A stretch of 63,964 bases of DNA, filler included, from Octopus bimaculoides (GCF_001194135.2; 4 parts of 4 records of this genome joined end to end with filler, not necessarily neighbours in it); one strand, 5' to 3'; shown: positions 22,978 to 35,958, counted from the whole stretch's first letter. Notes: generated by a model not told the origin, from the letters alone. A program made the numbers and translations.

Positions 22978-24179
22978 TGATAATAATAATAATAATAAGC
23001 CCAAACACAGGAGCACATGAGAAATAGTTATTTAAGCGTTGTTGGAAAAAGAATTTTCGCTTAACGTTTCGAGCAAAGGCCAGTCGTCAAGAAACAAAGT
23101 ATCAGACTGCATGTTCGTCCTTTGAGCTCTAAGTGACAGTTGAGCAGACGGAAGTAACAGAGATAGATAATAATGTCTAAGTGAGAAATTGATGTCTATG
23201 TACATATATGATCACTTGTACATGCATTGTGCTTGAGTGTGTGTCTTTATCCAGACAAAACTTTATTGTTATCTATGTCTCGTACATTAGCGGTTGACAA
23301 ATACAAATTGATAAAATAGATTTGAGATAAATCAACACGATTGACTGAAAGCCTTTGAGGACGGTGTCCCTAACTTGTCACAATCCAGTGACAAAAGCTA
23401 ATCAAAGAATCGAAGAATATGTTAATAAGCATAATATTATTGTTACCATCTAAACTACATCATTAGAGGGCCGAATGCTTAAGAAGTTCGCTTCAAACTC
23501 ATTGACCGCAATGAATGTTATCTTGGGCAAATGTATTTTCGAGATAACTCGTCCTTTGTTGAAATTGGATAAACGAAAACAGTGGGGGAGCATAATGTAA
23601 TAGGATTATAGTGAATTTTATATTGAGATAATCAATACGTAAGAGGTGTGACTATTGAAAATATCTCAGGTAAATCAAGTACACGAAAGTAAACTGCCAC
23701 CCACTCTAAACACTTTATTTCAAAAATATAGTCATTCATAGGATTGTCATAACTGGAACACCTTAGATAATAAATGTGTCCTAATAAAACCACTATGGAT
23801 TAAATAACAACTGTCTCGACAACAATCACTAAGTATCATTGATCGACTTTTTACTCAGAAAATGCTGATAACTTAGATAAGCTTCGGTTATTATTGGTCT
23901 ATGTCATATCTAAAGTAGTTATACCACCTATTGAAATCTTTGGAAATATCATATCCTATTCGTGTAGGGAGTTATTGTTGGGAACATGTGATGCTCCACT
24001 ATTTCTCACCTCCACAATTTCAGTTTATCTGTCTGTCTGACTATCCCAAACATATGTGTGTGTGTGTATACATATATATGTATACACACACACACGCGCA
24101 CATTTAACTGGATGCCTGTGGCTTGTCTTGTATTTCTTGCTGGAATTTGATTAGGTCTCGTCAAAACTGTGTGGGATCG

Positions 24180-24215
<36 letters not shown>

Positions 24216-24499
24216 ACTAATGTTAAATAAAGCAGGAGAAATTAATTAAAAATTAGTCTAAGAAATTGTGTTGTAATGCTGTTATGTAACCTGAGCTCGA
24301 ATTTTGTAGGGGACAAATAACACGGGGACCTAGCATTGGGTAATTTGTAAATATGATATTGATAGCGTTTGGACAATGCTGGTGGAATATTTTCCACATC
24401 ATCATAGTGGCGTTGGAGAGAATAGAGCTTGAGCATTTAAGTTGCGATCCCAACAATTGGTAGCTTAGCAGCATTTTTTCCGGTTCTATACATGCTGAA

Positions 24500-25078
24500 C
24501 CCAAATCCTGCCAAAGTTGAATTTGCATTTCATCATTTTAGGGTCGATGAAATAAATACCAGTTGAGTATTGGGGCCGACATAATCGTCTAAACCCTTAC
24601 CCTAAAAATTTCTGGTTTTTTACCAAGATTTGAAACTAAGGACAGCTATCTGGTAGAATCGTTAGTGCACCGGACAAAATGTTTAGTGACACTTCGTCAG
24701 TCTTTACGTTCTGAGTTCAAATTCTGCCAAGGCCGACTTAGCTTTTCATCCTTCTGGGGTCGGAAAAATAAGTACCAGCTGAGTGTACCTTCCCTCAATT
24801 TGCTGGCCTTGTGCTAAAATTTGAAATCATCATCATCATCATCATTACCATCCTCATCAGAGCTGGCAGAATCGTTAGCACGCTGGGATAAATGCTTAGC
24901 GGCATTTCGTCTGTCTGCACGTTCTGAGTTTAAATTCTGCCGAGGTCGACTTTGCCTTCCATCCTTTCGAGGTCGATGAAATAAGTACCAGTTGAACACT
25001 TGGGTCAATATAATCGACTCATCCCCTCCCCCAAAATGCTGCCCTTGTGGAAAATTTTGAAACCATTATTATTATTAT
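24500..25078 (+). mobile_element. Three tandem SINE family B copies (~24500-24615, 24640-24835, 24860-25078)
   Basis: Each ends in the ...aaatttgaaac tail; the last two begin with gcagaatcgttag heads; the second ends in (ATC)n and the third in (ATT)n. Confidence 0.9.
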
Positions 25079-25082
25079 CTTC

Positions 25083-25740
25083 ATATACACACAACAGATT
25101 ATATTGTTGGAAAAGAAAAAATCCTAACATCGGACTACAACAAGTAACCTTAGATGCCAAGAACCCTCCTAAGTATCCTAGCTGTACTTAATAACACTGT
25201 TTTCTGGAACTGTACTAAACTGGGTTTTATGCCTATTTTCTCTATCCATCTGTTCAGATCTTTGGGGATAGTTCCCAATGCATCTATAACTACTGGAATA
25301 CATTTTACCCGCACTTTCCATAGTTTCTGTAATTCAATGTCTAGGTCCTGGTACTTTACTATTTTTCTACACTTCACATATTGATATTTTGATCATTTGG
25401 GACTCTAAAGTCAATTATCTGGCAATTTCTATTCTCTTTATCTACTACTACTAAATCAGGCCTTCTAGCTTCTATTTCTCTGCCAGTTTGAACGTTAGCG
25501 TTGTGTTGTATTTCTAACTTTCTAGTACTTTACTAGGTTCCTGTTCATATCATTTATTAGTATGTTCAAATCCTAGCTTTTTACATAACTCCCAGTGGTT
25601 TACTCTCCCTAGACTGTTATGGCTTTCATTGTATTCTTTCTGTGCCAGCATGCTACATCCACTTACTATATGAGTAACACTTTTCTCTTTTCATTTGCAT
25701 AACCTACATTGGGGTCTATCTTGGTTTTTATCCAATTAGT
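25083..25740 (-). mobile_element. R4/Dong-like element, second lineage: zinc knuckle, RLE and 3' UTR
   Basis: SGCSMLAQKEY, HWELCKKLGF, KYQDLDIELQKLWK, VVIDALG, LLSTARILRRVLGI*; 3' end abuts (TAA)n on its own strand. Confidence 0.88.
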
Positions 25741-26339
25741 CCTTAATGCTTGATCTTGTGCAGCTACTAACAAACTTTTTGTCTTCCCTTTCAGCTTTTG
25801 TTTCTGCATTCATGTATATGGGTAATTTCAACCAATCAACGACGTAGCTGATTGCTAGTTGACAGTGTAGGAAGGAGAGAAAGAGTAAGGAATGCATGGT
25901 GTTGGCTAGAAAGGAAGAAAGGATAAAGGTGGCATCGTGTTCGCTCGCCATACAAATAGAACAGTGATGACATTTAGTAGATATGGCCCGAAAGTTGTTC
26001 CTCTTCGATTTCTATCGCAAATAGCAGTAGCGTTCTTCAACCGGATACACGTCATTGATTGGTTGAAACTACGCAAATACGACAACTTTAACACGAAATA
26101 GTTTCTAAAATATGAAATTTGGTCAAAAACGTCTCGAGTAAACCGTGTTCTACGCGAGAAATTCTACCAGTATTCGAAGTTTCAAACTGTTTAGTTAAAA
26201 AAAATTAATTAAAAGATCTGAGATTGATATGGAATAGATCCCTTCCTCTTTCGATATTAACTTTCCCTAAGAGTATGTCACCTGATATCTACTTTCCATT
26301 TCTTTATGCTAAAGCTGATTAATTCTATGTTATCTGTTA

Positions 26340-26915
26340 TACTGAATATACTCAAACATTCACTTATCCATGCGTGTGGGATCACGTCATAGGATTTCCT
26401 ATAATCTATCCATGCTATTGTTAGTTTTTTTTCTTTCTAGCTTTTACTTCATTTAGAACTGCTTTGTCTATGTATAATAGATCGTGCGTTCCTCTAGCCT
26501 TCTTCCTACACCCTTTCTGTTCTTCTGGCAGCAAATTCTGGTTGTTAAGGCGCTCATAAATGCTTTCTGAAAGCATTTCCGTTAACATACCCACACTAAT
26601 GGTAAGCAAGTGAATGGTCTATAGTTGCTAGCTGTATTACCCCTGCTCTTATCCTTCATAATAAGTACTGTCCTCCCTATAATAATCCAATCTGGGATTA
26701 TCCCTCCATTAAGGCACTCCTGAAGTTGTTCCCTCAGTCTCCAATGTAAATTACTGAATTTCTTTAACTAGTACCCTTGAACTAAATTCGGTCCTGGGCC
26801 CTTCCAATGCGGCATTTTTCCTAACACTTTACTCATTAATACACTAGCTAGTCTTAGATCTGGCCGCTTCTCACTCGTTATTTCTTTCCTCACTTTCTGT
26901 AACTATACTGCACCT
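26340..26915 (-). mobile_element. R4/Dong-like element, N-terminal RT domains (probably the same element as 25083-25740)
   Basis: WKGPGP, GRTVLIMKDK...NYRPFTC, LPEEQKGCRKKARGTHDLLYID, WIDYRKSYD; its 5' end abuts the (TAA)n array. Confidence 0.88.
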
Positions 26916-26916
26916 C

Positions 26917-27207
<291 letters not shown>

Positions 27208-27307
27208 NNNNNNNNNNNNNNNNNNNNNNNNNNNNNNNNNNNNNNNNNNNNTTAATTAATTAANNNNNNNNNNNNNNNNNNNNNNNNNNNNNNNNNNNNN
27301 NNNNNNN
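27208..27307. other. Synthetic scaffold spacer 44N-TTAATTAATTAA-44N
   Basis: Exactly 100 bp; identical to the spacers at 47473 and 61633. Confidence 0.95.
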
Positions 27308-27411
27308 TTTCTCTCAGTCTTTCTTCCTGTTTCTGTTACACCTGTATTTCTAAGGGCCAGCCTTGTCACACTCTGTGTCACGCTGAATCTCCCCGAGAAC
27401 TACGTTAAGGA
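27308..27411 (+). mobile_element. SINE family C internal fragment
   Basis: ccagccttgtcacactctgtgtcacgctgaatctccccgagaactacgttaagg. Confidence 0.85.
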
Positions 27412-27529
27412 TACTATTTTGTTTTTCTTTCATTAATATGTGCAGATTGAACTATGGAAAACGTTAGAGAAAGAAGCCTAGCTGTTTCCTGCAATACAAA
27501 CCAATATAGATATCTAAAACAAACTATTT

Positions 27530-27646
27530 ACAGAGGCCCTTAAAATACTATTGTGGATCCCCAATTTACTATTTTGTTTCATAGACCCCCACCAAAATTT
27601 TATATGGACCCTCAGGGGCCATATGGATCCTGGTTGAGAACCGCTG
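27530..27646 (-). mobile_element. hAT-type MITE end fragment
   Basis: Ends ggttgagaaccgctg, whose reverse complement CAGCGGTTCTCAACC resembles hAT/Charlie TIRs; no partner end seen. Confidence 0.5.
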
Positions 27647-27682
27647 GTTTCGAGGCAGAGATAATTTTAATAAAACAAGAAT

Positions 27683-28520
27683 GTTATTTTACATACTGGT
27701 TATTCAGATACATGCTACTGGTCACTTATTCCTTTAAGCTAATTCTTTTTATTTAAATTATACAAATTATCTAGGTCATAATTGTTCCTAACCCCTTTTT
27801 TAAACTAAGTCAAGTTCTTTGGCTACGAGGAGATAAGATCAGGCAAATCTGGCGCTGATGACGGCTATTACGGCAGAAACTCGTTTCCAAGGCTGTCCAC
27901 TTATCTCTAGACGATAAGCTTTCCTTTTCCTCGATGGAATATCAATTTATAGGATACTTGAGATTTTCTTCCTCTTTCAAGTGGAGTTGATCATAATTGT
28001 TAGTTAGTAAATGTGATACATTCTCTAGAGGCGGAGATAATTTTATTAAGTCAAGAATTTATGTTGTATATGAAGGCGCATGGTTTAGTAGTTAGGGTAT
28101 TCGGCTCACGATCGTAAGGTCGTGAGTTCAATTCCCGGCAACGAGTTGTGTCCTTGAGCAAGACACTTTATTTCACGTTGTTCCAGTTCACTCAGCTGGC
28201 AAAAATGAGTAGTACTTTGCATTTCAAAGGACCAGCCTTGTCACATTCCTATTTCTTTATTGCCCACAAGGGGCTAAGCATAGAGGGGACAAACAAGGAC
28301 AGACAAAGGGACAAACAAACGAGTTTCTGCCGTAATAGCCGTCATCAGCGCCAGATTTGCCTGATCTTATCTCCTCGTAGACAAAGAACTTGACTTAGTT
28401 TAAAAAAGGGGTTAGGAACAATTATGGCCTAGATAATTTGTATAATTTAAATAAAAAGAATTAGCTTAAAGGAATAAGTGACCAGTAGCATGTATCTGAA
28501 TAACCAGTATGTAAAATAAC
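27683..28520. repeat. 204-bp near-perfect inverted repeat (27683-27886 / 28317-28520)
   Basis: Two mismatches found in a manual alignment. Confidence 0.95.
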
Positions 28521-28732
28521 CAGTGCGTAACTGGTACTTAATTTATCGACCCCGAAAGGATGAAAGGCAAAGCCTTGTCACATTCTGTGACACGCTGAAT
28601 ATCACTGAGAATTACGTTAAAGGTACACATGTCTACGGAGTGCTCAACCACTTGTACGTTAATTTCACGAGGAAGCTGTTCTGTTGATTGGATCAACTGG
28701 AACCCCCGTCGGTTACGTCGACGGAGTGCCAG
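28072..28732 (+). mobile_element. SINE family C split by a SINE B-type insertion (-) with a 15-bp target-site duplication
   Basis: AGCCTTGTCACATTC at 28234-28248 and 28571-28585; B-type pieces at ~28250-28312 and ~28521-28570. Confidence 0.88.
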
Positions 28733-28958
28733 TATGCTGTATGCTTTTTGACATACATGTATTTGTCTATGCGTCTTTTGCCTCATGTTTTATCTCGCAA
28801 CTCGCCTTGGTCAATTAGAATCAGCTTAGATATTATGATGCGGACATAGCTTTATTCATTGTGTAATTGTCTGACTCATTGTACGAGTCATTGTAGGTAC
28901 ACGTACAATGCACGCGTGAATCTCCGACTGACAATCAATTGAATCACTAACTGACTCT

Positions 28959-28959
<1 letters not shown>

Positions 28960-29044
<85 letters not shown>

Positions 29045-29062
29045 GCCTGTCTGTCTGTCTGT
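28960..29062. repeat. Compound (TATC)n(TGTC)n microsatellite
   Basis: Direct inspection. Confidence 0.95.
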
Positions 29063-29214
29063 ATGTGTGTCTGTGTGTCTGTCTATCTATATATCTCTTT
29101 TGTTTTTTACTTGTTTCAGTCATTGGACTATTAAAAAAAAAACTGCGTAAGAAACAGCTGTAATGAGCCGACAATTATCCATCGTCTGTTATTATTCATT
29201 TGATTATAATACAC

Positions 29215-29791
29215 CGACGGGATTTGCGATTTGTCGCGATCTTGTTTTCAATTCCTAGACCGGATTCTGCGTTGTGCTCTTGAGCAAAACACATCGTCTC
29301 ACGTTGCTCTGCGATTACTTCAATACCTGACGTTTGGCACACCGTGCACCGGTACAGGCAAGGTTGTTTTGATGGAGAGAGAGAGAGTGAGCTAATGCAC
29401 GGCACGAACATTTGATTACAATAAACAAGTCATTTGTGCAGGGGAAAGTCCGTCATATATGTATATATATATATATATATATATNNNNNNNNNNNNNNNN
29501 NNNNNNNNNNNNNNNNNNNNNNNNNNNNNNNNNNNNNNNNNNNNNNNNNNNNNNNNNNNNNNNNNNNNNNNNNNNNNNNNNNNNNNNNNNNNNNNNNNNN
29601 NNNNNNNNTTCCCAGCTGGACGGGACGCCAGTCCATCGCAGCGTTACTCATTTTTGCCAACTGAGTGAACTGGAGCAACGTGAAATGGAGTGTTTTGGTC
29701 AAGAACACAACGCGTCGCCCGGTTCAGGAATCGAAACCACAATCTTACGATCATGATGCTGACACCCTAACCACTAAGCCACGCGCCTCCA
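29215..29791 (-). mobile_element. SINE family C-related fragments (~29215-29450 and 29609-29791) around a gap
   Basis: caggaatcgaaaccac...ccctaaccactaagccacgcgcctccac head; gagcaaaacacatcgtctc body. Confidence 0.75.
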
Positions 29792-30374
29792 CATCTGTGT
29801 ATATGTGTGTATGTGTGTATGCATTCGTATTTATGTGAGCGTGTGCGTGTGTATGCATATGTGTGTCTATGAATACGTATGTGCACGTGTATGAATACAC
29901 CTAGTGCGTATGTCTATATATGTCTTTATTGCATCTGTGTGTATGTTTATATTCACTATCTCTTCCTCTTCCTATCGTTATTTTCCCAAGTATAAAAACA
30001 TGTACAAAGCCAATATATCTTTTGAAAATTCGCTTAGATAAAATAATCGGATGTCGGTACACAAATATGTATTTCGATGTGTCTGCGTGCAATGTTTGTG
30101 TTCGTGTGCCTATGTAGTGAATGTATATGAATGTTCTGTGTATCTGAGTGCGTGAGTCCGCAGCCTTACTTATAAATTTCGTTTCCTGCGTAAGTGACAC
30201 TTTCTGTGTTTGTCTATGACTTATGAAGTCTTTGTGTCCAAGATCAAAGCGTTAAATTGGATGGTCAGCAACACAACACATGAAATATCAATCTCTAGTT
30301 ACACGGATCACGGTTAGAACTAATATGCTGGCAATAATATGATGTAATATAATAAGATCATATATTTAATATCT

Positions 30375-30735
30375 GATATAGGTACAAAGTCAGCAATTTT
30401 AAAGGGAGGGTGGGTAGACGGTAGCATCGACTCAAGCACTAGACTGGTACTTAATATGCTTTCCGGACGGATGAGAAGCAAGGTCAATCAGCGCGGGATT
30501 TGAACTCAGAACATAAATAACTGAAGCTAATAATTTCAAATTTCGGCAAAAGTCCAACAATTTTGAGGAGAATGGTTAGTTGATAGCATCGACCCAAGTA
30601 TTCAACCGGTAGTTTATTTTATCGAACTCGGAGGGACGAAAAACTTATGTGACCTTGATTGAAATTTAAATCAAAAGTTCAAAAGATGGAATACATACCG
30701 CTAGGTATTTTCTTCGACGCCATAACAATTCTGCC
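30375..30735 (-). mobile_element. Two tandem degenerate SINE family B copies
   Basis: ggtacaaagtcagcaatttt...gatttgaactcagaac; ggcaaaagtccaacaatttt...ccgctaggtattt. Confidence 0.8.
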
Positions 30736-30769
30736 TTAAATAACACCTTAAACAATTCTGTCTTAAATG

Positions 30770-31340
30770 GCTCTCCGTCGGTTACGACGACGAGGACTCC
30801 AGTTGATCTCGGCGTGACGCAGAATGTGACAAGGCTAGCCCTTTAAAATACTGGTACATCTCATTTTTGCCAGCTGGACAATACATACATACATACATAC
30901 ATACATACATACAGCAATACATGCATACATACATACATGCATACAAACATACATACATACATACATACATACATGCATGCATGCACGCATGCATCCATCC
31001 ATACATACATACATACATACATACATACACGCGCGCACGCACACACGCACACTGACACTCCGTCGGTTACGACGACGACGCGGGTTCCTGTTGATCCCAT
31101 CAACAGAACAGCTGGCTCATGAAATTAACGTGCAAGTGGGTGAGCACTCCACAGACACGTGTACCCTTAACGTAGTTCTCAGGGAGATTCAGCGTGACAA
31201 TGTGAGAATGTGACTGTGCTGGCCCTTTGAATTACAGGTACTACTCATTTTTGTCAGCCGAGTGGACTGGAGCGACTTGAAATCAAGTTGTCTTAATGAA
31301 GGACACAACGCACGACCTTACGGTCTTGAACCGAAAACCG
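30770..31340 (-). mobile_element. Two SINE family C 3' segments separated by (CATA)n
   Basis: ctccgtcggttacgacgacg at ~30772 and ~31068. Confidence 0.85.
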
Positions 31341-31438
31341 TCACTACTTTGTCACACGCCTTCACACACTCGCACACACACATACACACATATACATATA
31401 TGTGTAAGCATACGTGTATGAATATATATATATATATG

Positions 31439-31497
<59 letters not shown>

Positions 31498-31589
31498 GCA
31501 TGCGCACATACACATATATGCAAAAATATACATACATATATGTGTTTGTATATGTGTATTGTATTGACTTATATTGCATATTCGACTGT

Positions 31590-32160
31590 ATTCGACTGTA
31601 CTTCAATTTTATCTTCTTTATCAAGGTATTTTCCCATATTTTCGTAAGAGTTCCTTGCATTTTATTTGGAATAATATCGTTAATGTGTCTATCATTAGCA
31701 CTTCTAGACTTTCGTAATTTCATCTTCAGAACGAAGTTATGTTGGTGTATGTTGCTACTTCTTTATTGTAGGCCGTTCCAATGTGATTGGTGTAATCATT
31801 TTCCACCGGAAATTGGATTTAGACCGTTAGATACTCATTTATATCATCATTTAAGTGATAATTTTAGCTTGTGACTGGTGTACGTATTTTGTCGTCTGTA
31901 TATTTGTCTTTGCATTGTGCTGCGCCTTGAGTATTTCTTCCTTCACTAATCGTTTATTTTGTGGCGAATTCTGTAGACTATGAATGCGTTGGTCACCAAT
32001 GTTTCTTTATTTAGGCTTGTTTTATTTTTGTGTGATGTAGTGCATTGTAGTAGTTCCTTGTTATAAGTTCTGAGTGAATCAATGCGAGTGTCCTACTTGC
32101 ATTGCCGATATTACTGTTAGATTCATGAAGTTTACAAATTTTATGGTGTCACATCAGTTA
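31590..32160 (-). mobile_element. Decayed LINE ORF2 linker region (RTE/RTE-X-like)
   Basis: Fragmentary translation (PYKFVNFMN...LNPISGGK...) resembling the endonuclease-RT linker; heavily frameshifted. Confidence 0.35.
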
Positions 32161-32234
32161 CTAGGAGTGTGTGCACTAGTTTACATACTTGTGATTTCTT
32201 ATTGCTGTTGCTATTACTCATAACAAAAAATTGG

Positions 32235-32920
32235 CATGTGGTAGGAAGCTTGCTTCCCAACCACATGTTGGTTCGTTCCCACTGCGTAGCACTTTGGACA
32301 AGTGTCTTCTACTATAGCCTCAAGCTGACCAAAGCCTTGTTTGTGGATTTGGTTGACGGAAACAAAACAAAAAGCCGTCGGATGTGTGTGTGTGTGTGTG
32401 TCTGTGTTTGTTCCCCCACCACCGCTTGACAACCGGTGTTGCGTGTTTGCAATCCAGTAACATAGCGGTTCGGCAAAAGAAAAATGGTAGAATAAGTAGC
32501 AGGCTTTAAAAAACAAAAACCTAAGTACTGGAGTCGATTCATTCCACTAAAAATTAAAGGCGGTGTTCCAGCATGGCCACAGTCTAATGACTAAAACAAG
32601 TAAAACAAAAGATAATAATATACATAAAATGTATTTTTATACGATCTTGTCCTAAACAAGGCTTGATGCCTTTGAAGCGTGTGTGTGTATGTGTGTGTGT
32701 GTGTGCGTGTGTGTATGAGCGTGTCTGAGTTTGTTCCCCCACCATCGCTTGACAACCGGTGTTGGTGTGTTTACGTCCCCGTAATTTAGCGGTTCGACAT
32801 AATACACCGATAGAATAAGTACTAGATTTACAAGGAGTAAGTTTTGAGGTCGATTTGTTCGACTAAAGGTGGTGCTCAATCATGGCCGCAGTCCAATGAC
32901 TGAAATAAATAAAAGAATAA
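32235..32920 (+). mobile_element. SINE family A full copy (~32235-32612) plus a second 3' half (~32680-32920)
   Basis: Two tails aaggcggtgttccagcatggccacagtc and aaggtggtgctcaatcatggccgcagtc. Confidence 0.88.
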
Positions 32921-33828
32921 AATCTATTAAATGGTAGCTATGGTCTTCATCGCTGGGGGACCTCCGCCGCCGCCGCTGCTGATTTCTACCTTCCTTTTTC
33001 TTTTGATTTTGATTTTCCTCATCTCTTCGTTCTTTATTTTTTTCTGATACCATATGCATAGCAACTGGGACCTCTGCAGTACCGACAATTTGATAATCGC
33101 ATGCCCGCTCCTATATTGTGGTACAGCTCCGGAATAGCCTCGTAGCCATAGAGACTTGTCAAGACCTGGTGGTCTATGCACTTCACCACATATTGTAGCG
33201 ATCCACCTCTTCGCTCACCACAAGTCCCGACAATTGTGCAAGGTGACGACATGAAGGGCTTAACGCTCGCACCAAAATCTCCGGTCGTAATGATCGTATT
33301 TACACGGAAAAAAGCATGCCCTCACTTTTTCATTTATATAAAATAATTTTTGGTAGAAGTGAGCTAATTTCTAACAGAGAAACGAAAGCTCCTTCAGTGC
33401 AATTCAGATAACAACAACGAAATTATGTATGGAACTTCAGAAAAGTCTTGCATATTTTTACAGTTCCATACTCAGGCTACGCAACCTTCACACTCTCCAG
33501 CCATCACATCATCAATGTCCCGCTGGGTGGAGGGCAGGACGATTGAGAGGGTGTCTATGCCCACGGACACTTACTTAAGCGCCTAAACTGATTAATTGAC
33601 CACTTAGTCACACTCACTCGTGAGTGGTGGCTATGGTTTTATATATATATATATNNNNNNNNNNNNNNNNNNNNNNNNNNNNNNNNNNNNNNNNNNNNNN
33701 NNNNNNNNNNNNNNNNNNNNNNNNNNNNNNNNNNNNNNNNNNNNNNNNNNNNNNNNNNNNNNNNNTATATATATACATATATACATACATACGTAAATAC
33801 ATACATAAATACATATACACACATGTGC

Positions 33829-33872
<44 letters not shown>

Positions 33873-34469
33873 TAATAAGAGATCACTTATCAATACGTTC
33901 ACATGACAACGTTTATGACAGTTGCCTTGGATACAAGATTGTCTGGCAGCTGCAAGTGCACTGTCCAATCAGGGAACAATACAAATATTGTTACATATAT
34001 CACGTGATAATCCGAAGTTTTATCTGCATATCTATCGATTTCTGTCCCTTTCTTTCGCATTCTGTACACACACACGCTATATATAATTACACGCATACAT
34101 ATATGTATGTACGCATATGTACACACATACACATACACACATTACACACACATATGAGAATTATGTGTGTGCATGAATGTGTCACTGTGTGTAGGTATGA
34201 AATAACTGTCCACACGCACCGCGCGCGCACACACACAGATACATATGTTGACTTCCACCTTCGACACTAGGTTCTTGGGGCCCATTGTGACATATAGCGT
34301 GTCTTGGACGCTTTAAGGATTGGTGAGAGTCCATCCCTTTCCTGGTCTGACAGCAGTCGATCTTTTCCAGAAATAGAGGAAGATACAAAGTAACAGAGAG
34401 AGGGAGAGAAAGAGAGGAGAGAGAGAAAGGGAAGGGAGAGAGGAATGAGTCTTAATAAATAACGTGATT

Positions 34470-34590
34470 TATTTATCGACTGTGAAATGATAGAAGGCAA
34501 AGTTATCCTCAGCAGTATTTGAACTCAGAACGCAGAGATCAGAACGAATACCACAAGAGAACATAGCCAACGCTCTAACGACTCATCCAA
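34470..34590 (-). mobile_element. SINE family B 5' part
   Basis: tttatcgactgtgaaatgatagaaggcaaag...atttgaactcagaacg. Confidence 0.75.
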
Positions 34591-34631
34591 TGCAATCTCT
34601 GCATTTCTCTCTCCTTCTCTCTCTCTCTTTT

Positions 34632-34704
<73 letters not shown>

Positions 34705-34724
34705 ATATATATATATATATATAT

Positions 34725-35448
34725 AGGGTGATAAATTGAATATTAATTTAATTAACATTAATTTAAAACCAGTGGCCTAGCATATAAAACTCTGAAAATT
34801 AAGAAAAATTGTATTACATGCGTATAAGAAGGGATGACCACTAAGTGGACATCCGATATGCTAGAAAGAGGTCATCAACGACCCATCCACAAAGAAAAAT
34901 AATGTTCTCCAGAAAAAAATTCAGCAAACACCAGAACATAAGCGGGCAGGACAAATGAAAAATATACAAAATAAAGAATTAATTGTATACCGGTTTCCCC
35001 ATCAACATTTTTACTTACGTAAAAACGTCGGTGGTTCATCAGTACAATCGTTCTAAATTCAATATAATTTGCAGAACTATACACGAATTGTCTTCATAAA
35101 ATTTGACGTGCGTACAGTTCTACCGATTACATTGGGGCTATTTTCAAATGTCTCAGCTCTGGCACGCTAAATTCTGGAAACAGTTCTGCAGAGGATAATT
35201 CACTATAGTATATGTTGCCGGCTAGAGAACGAATTATTTAAATTAATATTTATATACTGAGGGTGATAAATTGAATATTAATTTAATTAACATTAATTTA
35301 AAACCAGTGGCCTAGCATATAAAAATCTGAAAATTCAGCAAAATTGTATTACATGCGTATAAGAACGGATAACCACTAAGTGGACATCCGATATGCTAGA
35401 AAAAAGTCATCAACGACTCAACCACAAAGAAAAATAATTTTCTCCAGA
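34725..35448 (+). repeat. ~190-bp direct repeat with 534-bp offset (starts 34725 and 35259)
   Basis: Both begin agggtgataaattgaatattaatttaattaacattaatttaaaaccagtggcctagc, with high identity. Confidence 0.9.
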
Positions 35449-35694
35449 ACATTTTATAATTTTCACCTTTAAAGGTATTTTTAATATGCTGGCCACTTGA
35501 TGAACTTTTTGAAAACATTTTATCCTATATTATGTATGTATGTATGTATGTATGTATGTATGCATGCATGTATGTATGTATGGATGGATGCATGCATGTA
35601 TGCGTGCATGTATGTATGTATGCATGTATATATGTATGTATGCATGCATGCATGTATGTATGTATGTATGTATGTATGTATTTGTGTGATTGCT

Positions 35695-35958
35695 TTATCT
35701 TTTATCTTTTATTTTTTCAGTCATTTGAATGCGGCCAGGCTGCAGCACCGTCTTGAAGAATTTTGGTCGATTGAATGGACTCCCAGTGCTTATTTTTGTA
35801 TAGCACTGGTACTTATTCTATCAGTCTCTTTTGTCGAACCGCTATGTTACGGGGATGTAAGCACACCGACACCGTTTGTCAAGCGGTGGGTGGGTGGACA
35901 AACAAATACAAACACAAACAAATACAAACACATACACACACATGCATGCACGCACGCA

